The position numbers and the translations under genes were made by a program. A stretch of 64,000 bases of DNA from the NCBI RefSeq assembly GCF_006345805.1, contig NC_042997.1, forward strand, positions 48,236,001 through 48,300,000, in the 5' to 3' direction. Of this stretch, positions 26,000-39,439 are shown one piece after another (the first letter of the stretch is position 1; every line of letters starts with the position of its first letter). Under the pieces are notes generated by a model. The model did not search any database, was not told the origin of the DNA, and saw only the letters and a list, made by a program, of their open reading frames with translations. The stretch comes from Octopus sinensis (taxonomy: Eukaryota).

Positions 26000-27532
26000 G
26001 AAAATAGTAAAAAGTGAAAAAACTACAGAAGGCTTAAAGGTTGAAAAATATATATATACTTGCGTCAATATGTCTGAAGAATATTAAAAAAAATTTTTTG
26101 CCCTTACAATGACATAATTTAGAAGAAAGACCGGTTTCGCGTTTAGCTTTTCAAATTTCTTACGACGTTATGTTTATGTTGAATAGAGTTATCGTTATGT
26201 TTATGTTTAAAAGAGTTCTAAATAAGGGGAGGTAATGAGTGATTTCTTCCGGTGTAAGGGAGATAATCGCTTAAAATTTTTTTCGTTTCCCTTGGTGTGA
26301 ATTTCTCTGTATCAGTATGTTGGCATGGTTAAGTCTGGGCTTGTACTTTTCAATGAAGAATGTTTTCTTGTTTAGTCTAATTTGTGTTGATGATCCGATA
26401 GCACATTGGTAAAATGGAAAGATTAAAAATTGTGGTAGTAGTTGCTTTGCGCATTTCTCAATGTGCTCACTAAAAGGTATCATTCTGTATTCTGGGAATG
26501 CAATCTGTTGTCGATGCAGTGTGCATCTACGTCTGAGTGATAGTCCCGTGGATCCCACGTAGTCTTGGTGGCAGCCCGAGCATTTTATGACATAAATTAT
26601 GTTTTCAGAGGCACAAGTAAAGTTAGATTTGATCTTGAATTTCTGTCCCTCTTTAAAGAGGAATTCTGATCCTTCTAGCAGGTTTGGACATGTTGCACAG
26701 TTCGATCTACCACATTTTTTTACTTTTGCATCCGTAATTTTAGAAGACAATTTTGCCTTTGTGAGAATCTTTTTAAGTGATTTAGGCTGTTTGTAGCTTT
26801 TAATGATTTGGTGTATGTTTAGAATTTCCTTTAATTTTGGGTTTTTATGAAGTATTGGTAAATTCTGGGTGATGATGGTGAAGGCTTCTTTGTTTCTGGG
26901 GTTGTATGTAGATATGTAAGGTAGTATTTTCGGGGAAGGTGTGTTGTTGTGTTGAACTTTTCTTAAAGTTTCTATGTTAATTTCTGTTGCACGTCTGATC
27001 CCATCCTCTATGAGTTGAGCTGGGTAATGTCTGTCAATTAGGGTGTTTTTGAGTTCTTGTAGTCTAAAGTTCCTGATATTTTGTTCTGACACTATTGTGC
27101 ATATCCTTCTTGCAAGGTTGAAGGGGATGTTTGTTTTAGTGTGTCTTGGGTGGCATGAATCAAAAAGAAGGTATTATTTGGCGTCTGTGGCTTTGTAAAA
27201 AATGTCTGTTTCTATTTTAAGGTTAATTTTTTTAATTATTATATCCAAGAACGGGAGCTCCTTTTGGTTGTATTCCATTGTGAACTGTATATTTGGGTTT
27301 ATTCTGTTCAATAGGTTTTTAAATTTTAGGAGTTTATCTGTGTTTTCATTCCAGAGTATAAAACAATCGTCTAAGAATCGTTTCCAATTCTCTTTTATGT
27401 ATTGAGAAAGGGGGTTTCCAAAGATTGATAAATAATTTTTAATATTCTTCAGACATATTGACGCAAATATATATATAGTTTTCAACGTTTAAGCCTTCTG
27501 TAGTTTTTTCACTCTTTACTATTTTCTATATA
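25995..27532 (-). mobile_element. Penelope-like element (RT C-terminus + GIY-YIG endonuclease), 5'-truncated, with inverted pseudo-LTR
   Basis: WKRFLDDCF, LPFLDI, YKATD (27174..27485); CGRSNCATC and IIYVIKC..YVGST (26271..27092). About 95-bp inverted repeats at ~25995-26090 and ~27433-27532. Flanked by (TA)n. Confidence 0.92.
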
Positions 27533-27629
27533 TTCAACCACGTGCTTTCACAAACCAACTTTCTTATCTATCTATCTATCTATATATAATATATATATAT
27601 ATATATATAATATATATAATATATATATT

Positions 27630-27733
<104 letters not shown>

Positions 27734-27752
27734 ATATGTATGTATATATATA

Positions 27753-27785
<33 letters not shown>

Positions 27786-27856
27786 CGATAGAAATGGTTA
27801 GACAACAAAAGAATGAAAGAGACCTCGATATTATGTAAATAGAGGAATTTATCTGT

Positions 27857-27999
27857 TAACGTAATATGTGACAATTATTCGGTAGCCATGATAAAAATCC
27901 AAGTTTTCGGATAGCATTTTTTCCGATGGCTGAATAACTGAAGAGATGGCGGCGTGGAGTTTTATCATGGCTACCGAATAATTGTCACATATTACGTTA
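27857..27999. repeat. Fold-back remnant in (TA)n (44-bp arms, 1 mismatch)
   Basis: taacgtaatatgtgacaattattcggtagccatgataaaaatcc and its reverse complement at 27956-27999. Confidence 0.85.
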
Positions 28000-28009
28000 T
28001 ATATATATA

Positions 28010-28084
<75 letters not shown>

Positions 28085-28119
28085 CATATGTATATATATA
28101 TATAACCTACATATATCTA

Positions 28120-28194
<75 letters not shown>

Positions 28195-28245
28195 TTATCT
28201 AGTTATCTATCTATCTATCTCTCGTTTTCTCTCTCTCTCTCTCGC

Positions 28246-28287
<42 letters not shown>

Positions 28288-29384
28288 GGCCAAAGACAGT
28301 AGTTGGCTGGTGCTACTGTTACTGCGGCTATTTATTCCTAAAGCCCGCTGAATATATGGGTTTCCAAATGATGCGAATGAAAGAATAATTCTAGTTCCAA
28401 AGAAAGCATTTACATATACATTGCGGTGTGTGAATATTTTCAAATGCTTGACGGTACACATTAAAAACACACTCACACCCACACTCACAAACACATACAC
28501 TCACACGCACTCACATATATAATACATAATCTATATGTCAGCACTGATTCGTCTAACATATTGTGTTATTATGTCTCACAACCTGTAAGCCTTTTAGACT
28601 ATCACAGAAAACATAAGAAATGTAAAATAGTAAAAGCCCGAGGGTCATACAAAATCACAAATATCAATCAGAACTAATAACCAGAATTTCAGTTACTACA
28701 TTTGAGAAAAATATATCATAATAGCTTCACAATTAAACTCTACTTCAGTTATATAAACCTACCTATTTCCTATATTTTCTTTGCCACAACAAGTATCAGA
28801 ACAGATTTGTAAATATCACTTCTGCTCAAGACGTTTAGATAGCAAACACTTGGCGAACAATTCTTAACCATCTCTTGGTATTCTTACCAATAATGTTCAC
28901 AACACGCTTATACATTAATGAAAAAATAAGAACTTTAACAAACTTCAATAAAGCACAATTGAAGAAGTTCAGTCAAGAAAGGAAACTCAAGGTTCACAGG
29001 AAACAATAACATCGCAATCACCAACATAGACTTTCCTGTACATACATTTAAGAAAATAATTACAGTCGAATCCCAAAATAAAACCATATCCTACAAGGTA
29101 ATATAAAAAATACAAACGTAATTATACACTACAAATTTCCAACCTCATAGAGCCAGACACAACTTCAAACACAATACACGAAAAGCAAACAGACCGAAAT
29201 AAAAGCCAGCAAAAACAAGAAATAGTATCAAAAATACATCAATCGGAAAAGGGAACAAAAATATCAAACTAGCAAATATTTTCCTGAAACCAAAAGCACA
29301 AGACTAAAACAGACATAGATTAATTATCAGCATAGACAAAAACTACAATTGTGATACCACATCGGACAAATATATATATTATAT

Positions 29385-29428
<44 letters not shown>

Positions 29429-29462
29429 ATATATATATTATAGATATATATTATATATAATA

Positions 29463-29531
<69 letters not shown>

Positions 29532-29939
29532 ATACACATACATATATATTATATATATATATACATATGTATATATATATATGTATGTATGTATATACAT
29601 ATATATATATACATATGCATATATATATGTATACATATATATTTATATAAATATACACATACACATATATATATACACTCGTATATATAAACGTATATAT
29701 GTATGCATATATGTGTATTATATATGTGTGTATATATGTATATATATGTATATATATATATAAATAGATAAATAGTTATATAAGTATTTATATGTATATA
29801 TGTATATATATATGAATGTATATATGTATATATGCGTTTGTAAGTATGTATGTACCTATATATATGTGTTTGTATGCACAGATACATAGATGCATGCATA
29901 CATACATACATACATACATGCATACATACATACATACAT

Positions 29940-29973
<34 letters not shown>

Positions 29974-30136
29974 TTATATGTATATACTGTTAATGTATAC
30001 GGTCAATTCCGTCTGAAGAGTCTATAGCAATCAACATATATATATATTACTGCTCTAATATATCAGAGACTGCTTATTTTGGGGATATATGAACTACGGA
30101 CGATATATACCTACCTATCTAAATGCATACCACACA

Positions 30137-30228
<92 letters not shown>

Positions 30229-30329
30229 AACAAGTCAAAATAGAAAATGCTAAAATAATTGTTTTTTCATATATATCAACTCGTGTGTTCCTTTTCACCC
30301 TTATACATTATATATATATATATATATAT

Positions 30330-31015
30330 ATAAGGTGCACAAATGCTGGAGAATCAGTAGACACCACGTGCTAAAATCATGAAGTAAAAATATGTAGAAA
30401 ACATATATAAAAAGGGGGAAAGGAAATGGCTTCATTTCACATAGTTTTAATATCTTCTTAGAAAAAACATACATACATATTTTATGGATGGTAAAAGTCT
30501 CATAAAATGTGGTGTTATCGAACCGGTTTTCGTTATTTAATTTATCTTTTTAAGGGATATTTTGAAGTAATCATTCTTTCAGGCAAAGGAATCATGCCAT
30601 GTTGGATTTCTTGAAAAGTAAGAATGAATGTAGAAAGTGGATAAAGGAAGGCAAAATGTGGCAAGGGGGACAACTACCTCCTAAGCATTATTTAATAGTG
30701 GTAATTAAATTTGATTTTGAAATAGGAATGTGTAGGGATGAGGTGGTCAAGATTGTATATTTAGGTGTGGTTCGTACCTCTGTATGATCCGATTTTCCTT
30801 GTTTAGGCGTTGTTGTAAGGAGACTGAACATTTTTTTATTGGTTTAAAGGACAAATATGGAAATTCGGTGTTTTATTTCTTGCACATCTGTCAATACGTT
30901 CGCTCAGACCTATCTGCATGTATTGAGAAAAACGAATTTGTTCTTTATGCAGCGTAACTCTGCGTCTCAAACTAAGGCTCGTTTGGCCGACATAATTCTG
31001 ACCACAACCTCAATC
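30330..31015 (-). mobile_element. Penelope-like 3' fragment (GIY-YIG C-terminal half + pseudo-LTR)
   Basis: Manual translation QNYVGQTSLSLRRRVTLHKEQIRFSQY..LSERIDRCA is homologous to QDYVGSTGLSLRRRCTLHRQQIAFPEY of the 26-kb element. Confidence 0.8.
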
Positions 31016-31758
31016 GGTTAGGACATAAATTAGGTTCTGGGAAGCACATGGGAAGTTTGACTTTATTGAAACTTTTTTCTCAAACATCGTCATGAGACTA
31101 TATGAAAACCATCTCCAAGTGACCATAAACGTATAGAACATACCCGAGCACTACTAAAACACATCCTCATCATATCGCTTCCAATCATCTTGGACAAACA
31201 TACGGAATACATGCATACATTTGCAACACCTATCGCCTCAGTAGTCCAAGCAGCGTACCAGAATGTACACAGTTCATAAGTGCAGAGAAACAACAAACTT
31301 CACTAACTGACAGAGTCAAATTAATTTGTAGTCACGGTGTTCACACCCAGAAGCTACAAACTTTGAGAAATAGACAATTCATCACTGCATGTCGAAGATT
31401 ATATCATTGTATTCAGCAAGACGGAGACATACAAATTGAAAGATGGGTATGGGTGTCTCATCTTGACGTTCGACCTACCTAACGTAGGGCTGCTCGATCG
31501 AATTAAACCATTGTTTCACACACTTGCCCATCAGATAAAGTTACTTGTTTTTTTTTGTATATGCGTTAGTTTATATCTGTAACACCTAGAGTACCTTAAT
31601 TTCATTGAAGTCTTAGCAATAGTTACGGTGATAATTTTCCTCAGCGGACTTATATTTAAAACATTACCCGTAATAATGCAAATAGTATAAAATCCGCCTA
31701 TCTGTCAGTGTTTCAATACTTACATTTTCATATCTCAGCATATGTACAGGCATGTGTT

Positions 31759-31799
<41 letters not shown>

Positions 31800-31852
31800 G
31801 AATATGTAAGTATTGAAACACACATACACACACACATATATATATATTTATA

Positions 31853-33045
31853 TTGGGTCATCCCATAATTAATGCGTTTTTTTTCAATTGTATGAACTAA
31901 ATGATGGAGGGCGACGTAATAAACTACATGCATCAACTTGCTATAAGAGCAGGTAGTAGTTATACCTTCCCCTTATTCTTAGTGCAAGTTTTTGAAGAGT
32001 GCAGTTCGACTTTGGCAGTTATTAATTCGAAGCTATGATGGAACTGACAAAGGAACATATTCGGCATAATTAGCTTTATGAGTTCAATAAAGGCAACAAC
32101 AGAACGGAAAGGACGAGGAATATTAAAGCAGTATATGGTGATCGGACAGCAAACGTAAACCAGTGTCAACAGTGGTTCCAGAAATTCCGAGCCGGAAACT
32201 ACAGCCTACAAGACGGACATTGTAACTTTTGAGGAACTATCATGGTAGCTTGGATTTGGTCATTCAATCATTCGTCGACACCTACGTGACATCGGAAATT
32301 GGATCACAAACTATCCGAGTCTAATCGCGCGCAGAGAATGAATGCGTGCTCTTCTTTGCTGTCATGTCTTACGAATGAACGATTTTTGGACCGAATAGTG
32401 ACTGGTGACGAGAAAGGGATTCTCTATAAAATTGTTAAATGCCAGAGACAGTGGATAGGAAAAGGAGAAACACCAGCATCCCAAGCTAAAGAAGGTCTTC
32501 ATCCACGTAAAGTGTTGTTATTTGTTTGTTAGGGTATGATATGTTTAGTCCAGTTTGAACTTTTAAACCTAAACCAAACGATAACAAAAGAAATCTAGTG
32601 CAAGCAGCTTGAGCGGCTTAAATCAGCGCTAGAAAAAAATGACCGTCTTTGGTTTCAAGATGAAAGGTATTCTTCCATCAGGATAATGCTTGTCCACATA
32701 CAGCGAGGATAACATTCCATTCCAAAAGCTGGAACAATTTGAATAGGAAACGGTGCTCTGCCCACTATCTACGCCGGACATCTGATTATCTTTTATTCCA
32801 CAGTCTCCAAAATCACTGGGACGGAAAAAATATGAATTTTGTGGACGAGGTCAGAACAGTACCGGGGAGTATTTTTTGTCACGGACAAGTGAATTTTGGA
32901 AGAGGAACCTTGAAAATCTGCTGAATAGATGGAAGAACTGTGTAGAAAATGAAGGAGAGTATATTTTAGATTTAAAAAGAACTTCATCTTAATTTTGAAA
33001 AATAATGGAAGTATAACAAACCACAGTATTTATGAGATGACCCAA
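31853..33045 (+). mobile_element. Full-length degenerate mariner transposon
   Basis: TA|ttgggtcatcccataa...ttatgagatgacccaa|TA termini. Transposase remnants RIVTGDEK, HPRKVLL, HQDNA.PH and HSLQN. Confidence 0.9.
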
Positions 33046-33282
33046 TACTCAAGCGCGCGCGCAAACACACACACACACAGACACACACACATATTCAGAT
33101 GTAGTTGGTTATGAGAGCAACTTACGTTCTTGTAACCTTTTACTAAGCGAAACGCTCTTTCACATTTCCGCTGATAGAGTTTTATTATATTTTAAGTTTA
33201 CTTCATGATTTTGTAATCTCTTCGAAACATTGTTAGATACTGGAGTAATGAAACTGACGTCACTTTTCGTGTTGTTTTTGTT

Positions 33283-33500
33283 GATGATAATGATGATGAT
33301 GATGATGATGATGAGGAGGAGGAGGAGGAGGAGGAGGAGGATAATGATGATGACGATGATGATGATGATGTTGATGATGATGACGATGATGATGATGATG
33401 ATGATGACGATGATGATGATGACGATGATGATGATGACGATGATGATGATGATGATGATGATGATGATAGCGACGACGACGACGACGATGATGATGATGA
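33283..33500. repeat. (GAT/GAG/GAC)n microsatellite
   Basis: Direct observation. Confidence 0.95.
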
Positions 33501-34374
33501 GAAGGAGGATAGTGCAGTTGCTTTTGCTGTTGTTGTAGGTGATAGTGGTTATGCTGCTGAAGAGAGAAGCGGACGACGGCGATAATTTTTTTCGGATGGC
33601 GATAGGGAATATCGATCATGAAATCCGGAACTCTTGTCGATGATGGAGACGGTTGATGTTGTTGAATTAATTTTTGCTTCCCTGTCATTATGGCTTTACC
33701 AAAAGCAGCTTGTTTCCGATTACTTTGAAGTACAATGGCCGTTAAGTATTTCAAGTGTTTGAAGAGTCTTTGAAGGCTTCTGTTTTGTCTGGCCTCTCGC
33801 AGAGAAATGGGTTTTCTTTGCCCACCGCTTGTTGTTTTTGCATTGATTGCCCTTGCTATTCCTTTTGCTTTCGTCACCGCTGATTGTTGCTGTTGATATT
33901 TTGTTATTGCTCATAGAGCTTTCCTTTCATATAGATATTAACTTGTATAGTACTACTTTGGAGAAAGTTTAACATGTGAGAAAATGTCTATAAGTGTGCA
34001 GGATCATACGTACGTCCACGTGAACGAGACTGTGCATATATTCACCTTACGACAAAATTTATATAGGAGTATTTTTGTGTATTGATGCGATTGTGTAAAC
34101 ATTTGTGTTGACATGTTACAGGTATGTGTGATTAACAGACACATATTTACAAACACAAAATATATGGACGCATGCAAATTTACACATATACATGTACATT
34201 TATATTTACAAACAAGTACGCAAAAAACAAAACAAAAAATGAATTGACACACAGTCAAGCACGCTACGATGTTCAGGTAGTATATATACACATGGATTTG
34301 TAAATGTTTGCGCACCAGCTCTATAAATAAGTTTGTGTCGGTCTATCCGATGTATTTGATATATATATATATAT

Positions 34375-34418
<44 letters not shown>

Positions 34419-34515
34419 TATATATATTATATATATATATATATATGCATGTATATGTGTGTATGTATGTATGTATGTATATATATATATATATGTTTAT
34501 GTATATATATATATA

Positions 34516-34640
34516 CTTCTTTTATTCTTGTACTTGTTTGTCATTTGACTGCGGCCACGCTGGAGCACCGCCTTTATTCGAGCTCATCACCCACCAGCAC
34601 TTATTCTTTGTGAGCCTAGTAATTATTATATCAATCTCTT
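34516..34640 (-). mobile_element. SINE family B, 3' fragment
   Basis: tttgactgcggccacgctggagcaccgcct is the reverse complement of 43975-44005. Confidence 0.7.
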
Positions 34641-34773
34641 TTGATATTAGACGACGACTCACTCTGGAACTGAAATAGGTTCCCTGATTATGTATCATGA
34701 ATGGTTATGCGAACCACTCCTAACGAAAGTCAGCCGTTTCTTTGACCACTATATAAAAAAGTATTAAGAAAAT

Positions 34774-35118
34774 GTTATTACTTCCGGTTTAGAGAAGGCG
34801 GAGTTATTGCTTTCAGTGGCGCTTGTTTGTTTGTTCGTGGACAAGATATCTCAGGAACCGCTGGATTGGCCTTTTGACTGGCACGAACTGATTAGATTTG
34901 GGAATCGATCCGTTACCGAACAAGGATTCCGGATTATTTTCCCGTTATTTTACTTAATTTTTGAGAGCGGTCAGGTTCATTTTTAGTATTCTCGTTTGTG
35001 AGAGCAGTAGAGCTTATTTCAGATATTCTCATTTTAAAAATAATCTTCAGTTAATCGTCGAGAGGACGTTAGGGTTGCCTTGGCGGAGGTTTGCTCTCTC
35101 TGGGTGCTCTTTCTTTTT
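34774..35118 (+). mobile_element. Helentron-associated (HINE/DINE-1-like) non-autonomous element
   Basis: 5' ttattacttccgg..ggcggagt with a (gttt)n tract; 3' sub-terminal ggcggaggt, then a short hairpin remnant and a T-rich end. Confidence 0.55.
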
Positions 35119-35599
35119 TAGATATACTTTAATTTTAGTTGCTTTCACTATGTTACGCTTGTTTATACTCTTATACATTCAAAGATCACAAACTTAATTA
35201 TTTGTATTATGAATCATATTAGATAATATCATTGGTCGACACTAATTTTCAAATTACTGGAGTCTGTTGCTCTACTCATAACGAATTATAACTGGTAAAA
35301 ATACACCTACACGATCTAATGTCTGGCCCTGTACCTTGTTTACTCTGAATGCGTGAGCGGAATCTTTAGGGTTTCAAAAAATCAAACAAAGACTTACCTC
35401 TCGCTATTCTATGTGAATAATGTCTGGATGTTCAGGTACCATGGGTTATGTTGATTGACAAAACACATATAAACAACAGCCGCTTCAATTAGCCGTTTCG
35501 AATCCTACTCGAGACTGACGCATTTCAATAATCACTAAATCACCTTTGATTTCTTTTTTAACTCAGTATCACTAAATAATCATACTTCTTTACATTTTG

Positions 35600-36000
35600 T
35601 CGCTAAAAACCTTCCTGACTACCTCCTTCATAAACCCGAAAATCTTCGTGAGCATTGGTCCAGCCGTTTGACCGTGAAGAGGAAACAGACGGACAGACAG
35701 ACAGAACGCCCATTATAGTAAGATATCTATTATATAAAATCCGTTCTGTCTGTCTGTCTGTGTGTCTTCTAGGATCTCGGGCATCCTCCATCCGATTGCG
35801 CTCAAATTTGATACGTAGATACCGACGGTATCCGGGCGTGTATAATCTTTAAAAAATTACAAAAATCGATTCCAGATGAGAATGCGATCGATAAAGCCGT
35901 GGGAGCGTGCATTTGTACGCGCAAATACATCAGCTGTTGCGATCGATACTACGTGAATGCGAGAAAAATGCACGTGCAGTTTGTGCAAAAAAAAGTCGGC
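35600..36000. mobile_element. Two divergently oriented Helitron-like 5' ends
   Basis: Plus strand tctattatataaaatccgttctgtctgtctg from 35726; minus strand tcttactataatgggcgttctgtctgtctg from 35723. Confidence 0.55.
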
Positions 36001-36449
36001 TGGCTTGAAATAATAAAATTAGATACTTAGTTCCCTAGGTTGTTGCTTTTCATCAAAAATCGCCCCAAGTTGATTCCTACATGTTTTATCGGATAAACTT
36101 ATTATTGTCCCAGGTACGTTCTCATAAATTCATCATGCTTTTCCATCTAGATTTACCTCCAGCTAACCCATTTGCATGCATCGTTTTTGTCCTGCTTTTC
36201 TTCCGTCAACCTGTACATAACTGCATCTTCCATTTTTTTGTTGTTTTTGTACTGCTTAAAGGCACGTTTCTTTCCTGCCAAGCCTACTGTTTAAACCACG
36301 TTTGTGTTCTCCCAGTCAACAGCCTTATCATAACTGGTGCTTTAAACTCTTTGGTTGCATATTTGTGTGAATAAAATCGTTTTTCTTTGGAATAGAAAAA
36401 AAGTCTATTTTTTTTCTTCTTTCGCTGATGTCTCAAATTTAGGTTAAAT

Positions 36450-36509
36450 CAGTGTTTCTCAAAGGGGAGGCCTATGGGACGGTGGGACAAGTTGTTTTGA
36501 GAAAATTTG
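36450..36509. mobile_element. 60-bp hAT/Charlie-like mini-element
   Basis: cagtgtttctcaaa...tttgagaaaatttg termini, with 8-bp flanks ggttaaat / gtttaaat. Confidence 0.55.
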
Positions 36510-38555
36510 GTTTAAATGTTTGACAACACAGCACCGTCCATTGGACGGGGAGCGTTTTCCTTGTATATATATATATTTACTTAATAGTGTATGATTAATC
36601 TGCATTTGAGAGATGCATTAGATTGCCAACCGTGGTATTTTTAAATAGGAAGTTCATTACTTTATTACCTTGCAGTGAATACATGCAATGAGCTCCGAGG
36701 CCATATTTACCTTCCTACATATATAGATATCTTCCATAGCATGGACTATAGATTTCTTCTTTAGTGGCCATCATTTTACTGAAAACTGGCTCTTCACTTT
36801 CACTTGAGCTACATTATTGGTGATCACATCTATTACTTCCTTTCAAGCGTCCATCGCAATGTAGTTGGATCTCATGAAGCAAAAAAGTGGTTATTTTGAG
36901 GTTCTACTCTTTCCGCTATATGAAGATATTTAAAATGAAAAGCGTCAGCGAATAAATCACCAACTATGATAAAAGAAACTGTATTGATTAAGTCTCGCTC
37001 AATATATTACTGGTAGTTTAGTGATGTATATTTTATCGATGAATGCCGAAATTACCAAAGCCAAAGCGAGGCCGCCAAGATTTCAGTCTCGAATATAGAA
37101 TCAAAAGCGGTTATTTGAATTCGCAGAATACAGTACGCTATCAATTTTGCCAAGTATGTGGAAAAAAGAAAGCCAGCGTTCCTTGATTATTAGAGCCCAT
37201 CGCTAATGCTGGAACTGGTGAAATCATTCTTAGTATGTGTTTTAGTATTGGAGAAAAGAGAATTGTAAATGTGAACACAGTGTGTTCCATCGCATAACGT
37301 GAGGAAACAGGACGTGATACAATATAATGTCCGTATAACTAATTTCGATTTTCTGTCAACAGAATTTGTTTTCATTTCTCGCTTAATTAATAGATTATCA
37401 ATTGCGTCATTGTGGAATCAGCAAGATATTAATTAAGATAAAAAGGAAAGCATTTACATATGGCATAAACAGAATCATAATAATGGTCCATTCTGTTTTA
37501 AAGATAATTTTTTATTCTTTTTGAATTTTATTTTCAGATATGATAAAATAGATAAAAAAGAATATTTACAAGCCTAATGCCATCTATTTTATCGCCGTAA
37601 ATCTCAAAAGTTATTATAAGTTTCTGTTAAGTTTTAAAAGATTTCATAATTACCTCAAATTTAATTTATTTAGAATATTAAAAAGATTGTTTTTCTTTTT
37701 AATGAAATATCGTTTACAAAAACTCGTTTACCAGTATGAATATGTTCAAGATATAACTAAAAGTTAGCGACAAATTGTATCCCGAACCACGGCCTGCATA
37801 TGTAGCGGTAGTGGATAAAATGAGAATCAATATCCACAAAATTTTACACACGGCACACACTCATATATATTATACAGCCATATCTACTTCATATTTGATG
37901 TACAAACATAAAAAAATAATCCACACTAATTAAGAGTTCAGTTAATAATATGTTATTAGGCTCCAACACGTTATTACACGGACATAAATCCAGGTGGGAG
38001 CGGTTTGTACGTATGAACACGTACAGTTCAGAATTTATTTGTGATCAACAGCTGTTTCATTAAGAAAAAACATTATTAAATGTATAATTATATAATTCTG
38101 TCACATAATGAATTTGAATTCAATTAATTAAAAATCTGTGTTACCCAAATTATCGATCCTTATCTGATTAACATAGCACCAAGTTTCTAGTGGTATGGAT
38201 ACACATGGCTTTTAAATAAATTTTAATAAGCTTAATTGGTTAATTATGTATCACAATTACGTAACTGTGTACCTATGCATTTAACGATGTTTATCTTGAA
38301 GAAGCAGCTAAAGAGCATTACTGAGGTATACACTATGTATTAATCTTTTGCCTTCGATTTTTTAAAAAACTGTATGCGTGTGCGTGCGCGCGTGTGTGTG
38401 TATGCGTGTGTGTGTTTGTATGCGTGTGTGTGTATGCGTGTGTGTGTATGCGTGTGTGTGTATGCGTGTGTGTGTTTGTATGCGTGTGTGTGTGTGTATG
38501 CGTGTGTGCATGCATATAAAAAATAAATGTATGCATTTACAACACATTTGTACTT

Positions 38556-38714
38556 AGGAATGACTGCATCGAAAGAAGCGTGCTTCGCAACCACATTCTT
38601 CCGGGTTCAACCCCATTGCGTGGAACCTTGGGCAAGTGTCTTCTACTGTAGCGTGGACCGATTAAAACCTTGTGAGTGGAGTTGGTAGATGGAAACTGAA
38701 AGAATCCCATCGTG

Positions 38715-38748
<34 letters not shown>

Positions 38749-38965
38749 ATTGTAATTGTGTGTCTGTGTTTGTCTCCCTACCATCGCTTGATAACCGACG
38801 TTGGTGTGTTTACGCCCCCGTAACTTAGCCGTTCGGCAATAGATACTGATAGAATAAGTACTAGACATACAAAGAATAAGCCCTGGGGTCGATTTGTTCG
38901 ACTAAAGGTGGTACTCTAACATGGACGCAGTCAAAATGACTGAAACAAATAAATGAATAAAAAAA
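38556..38965 (+). mobile_element. SINE family B (B-box gggttcaaccc, accttgggcaagt CORE-like motif)
   Basis: Homologous to 43273-44045. Confidence 0.8.
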
Positions 38966-39094
38966 TATTAATTCTACAATATACTAACATGATACATACA
39001 AATCTAAAATAGTGCAAGGATAATTCTGTATATATACAGAGACATACTTACAAACATCGTGCATACACATGTGTAAGCCACATATATCTATAAT

Positions 39095-39275
39095 TACAGT
39101 TCTATATTTAAGAGATGAGGAATTATGTACATTATTTACATTATTTACATTTGACGTATATTTGTCATCATCTTGTTTGTTGTTAATACAACGTTTCGGC
39201 TGATATATCCACCAGTCTTCATAAAGTGTCTTGGGGAAATTTGAACCTGGGTTCTAATTCCAAACGTATTTTTCA

Positions 39276-39340
<65 letters not shown>

Positions 39341-39413
39341 CATTATTATTATTCAGGTCACTACCTGAATCGAACTCCGAATCTTGGGGTTAGTAGCCCG
39401 CGTTCTTAACCAC
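39095..39413 (-). mobile_element. Composite: tRNA-like head + (AAT)n + hammerhead module (copy 3, core mutated)
   Basis: Head 39413->39352, AAT tract, then gacac-tttatga-agactgg..cagcc-GAAACGTT-gtatt and the shared tail ending aaatatagaactg. Confidence 0.7.
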
Positions 39414-39439
39414 AGTGGTGTTTTTAAACTTATGAATAA

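Noticed and set aside
28540-29370. A-rich coding-like stretch, possibly a Penelope-like N-terminal region
   Set aside because: No diagnostic motif could be recovered by eye, so it is left unassigned.
33260-33877. 205-aa His/Pro-rich ORF as a host gene
   Set aside because: The C-terminal half is a translated (CAT/CCT)n microsatellite, the rest has no recognisable domain, and I saw no convincing splice signals.
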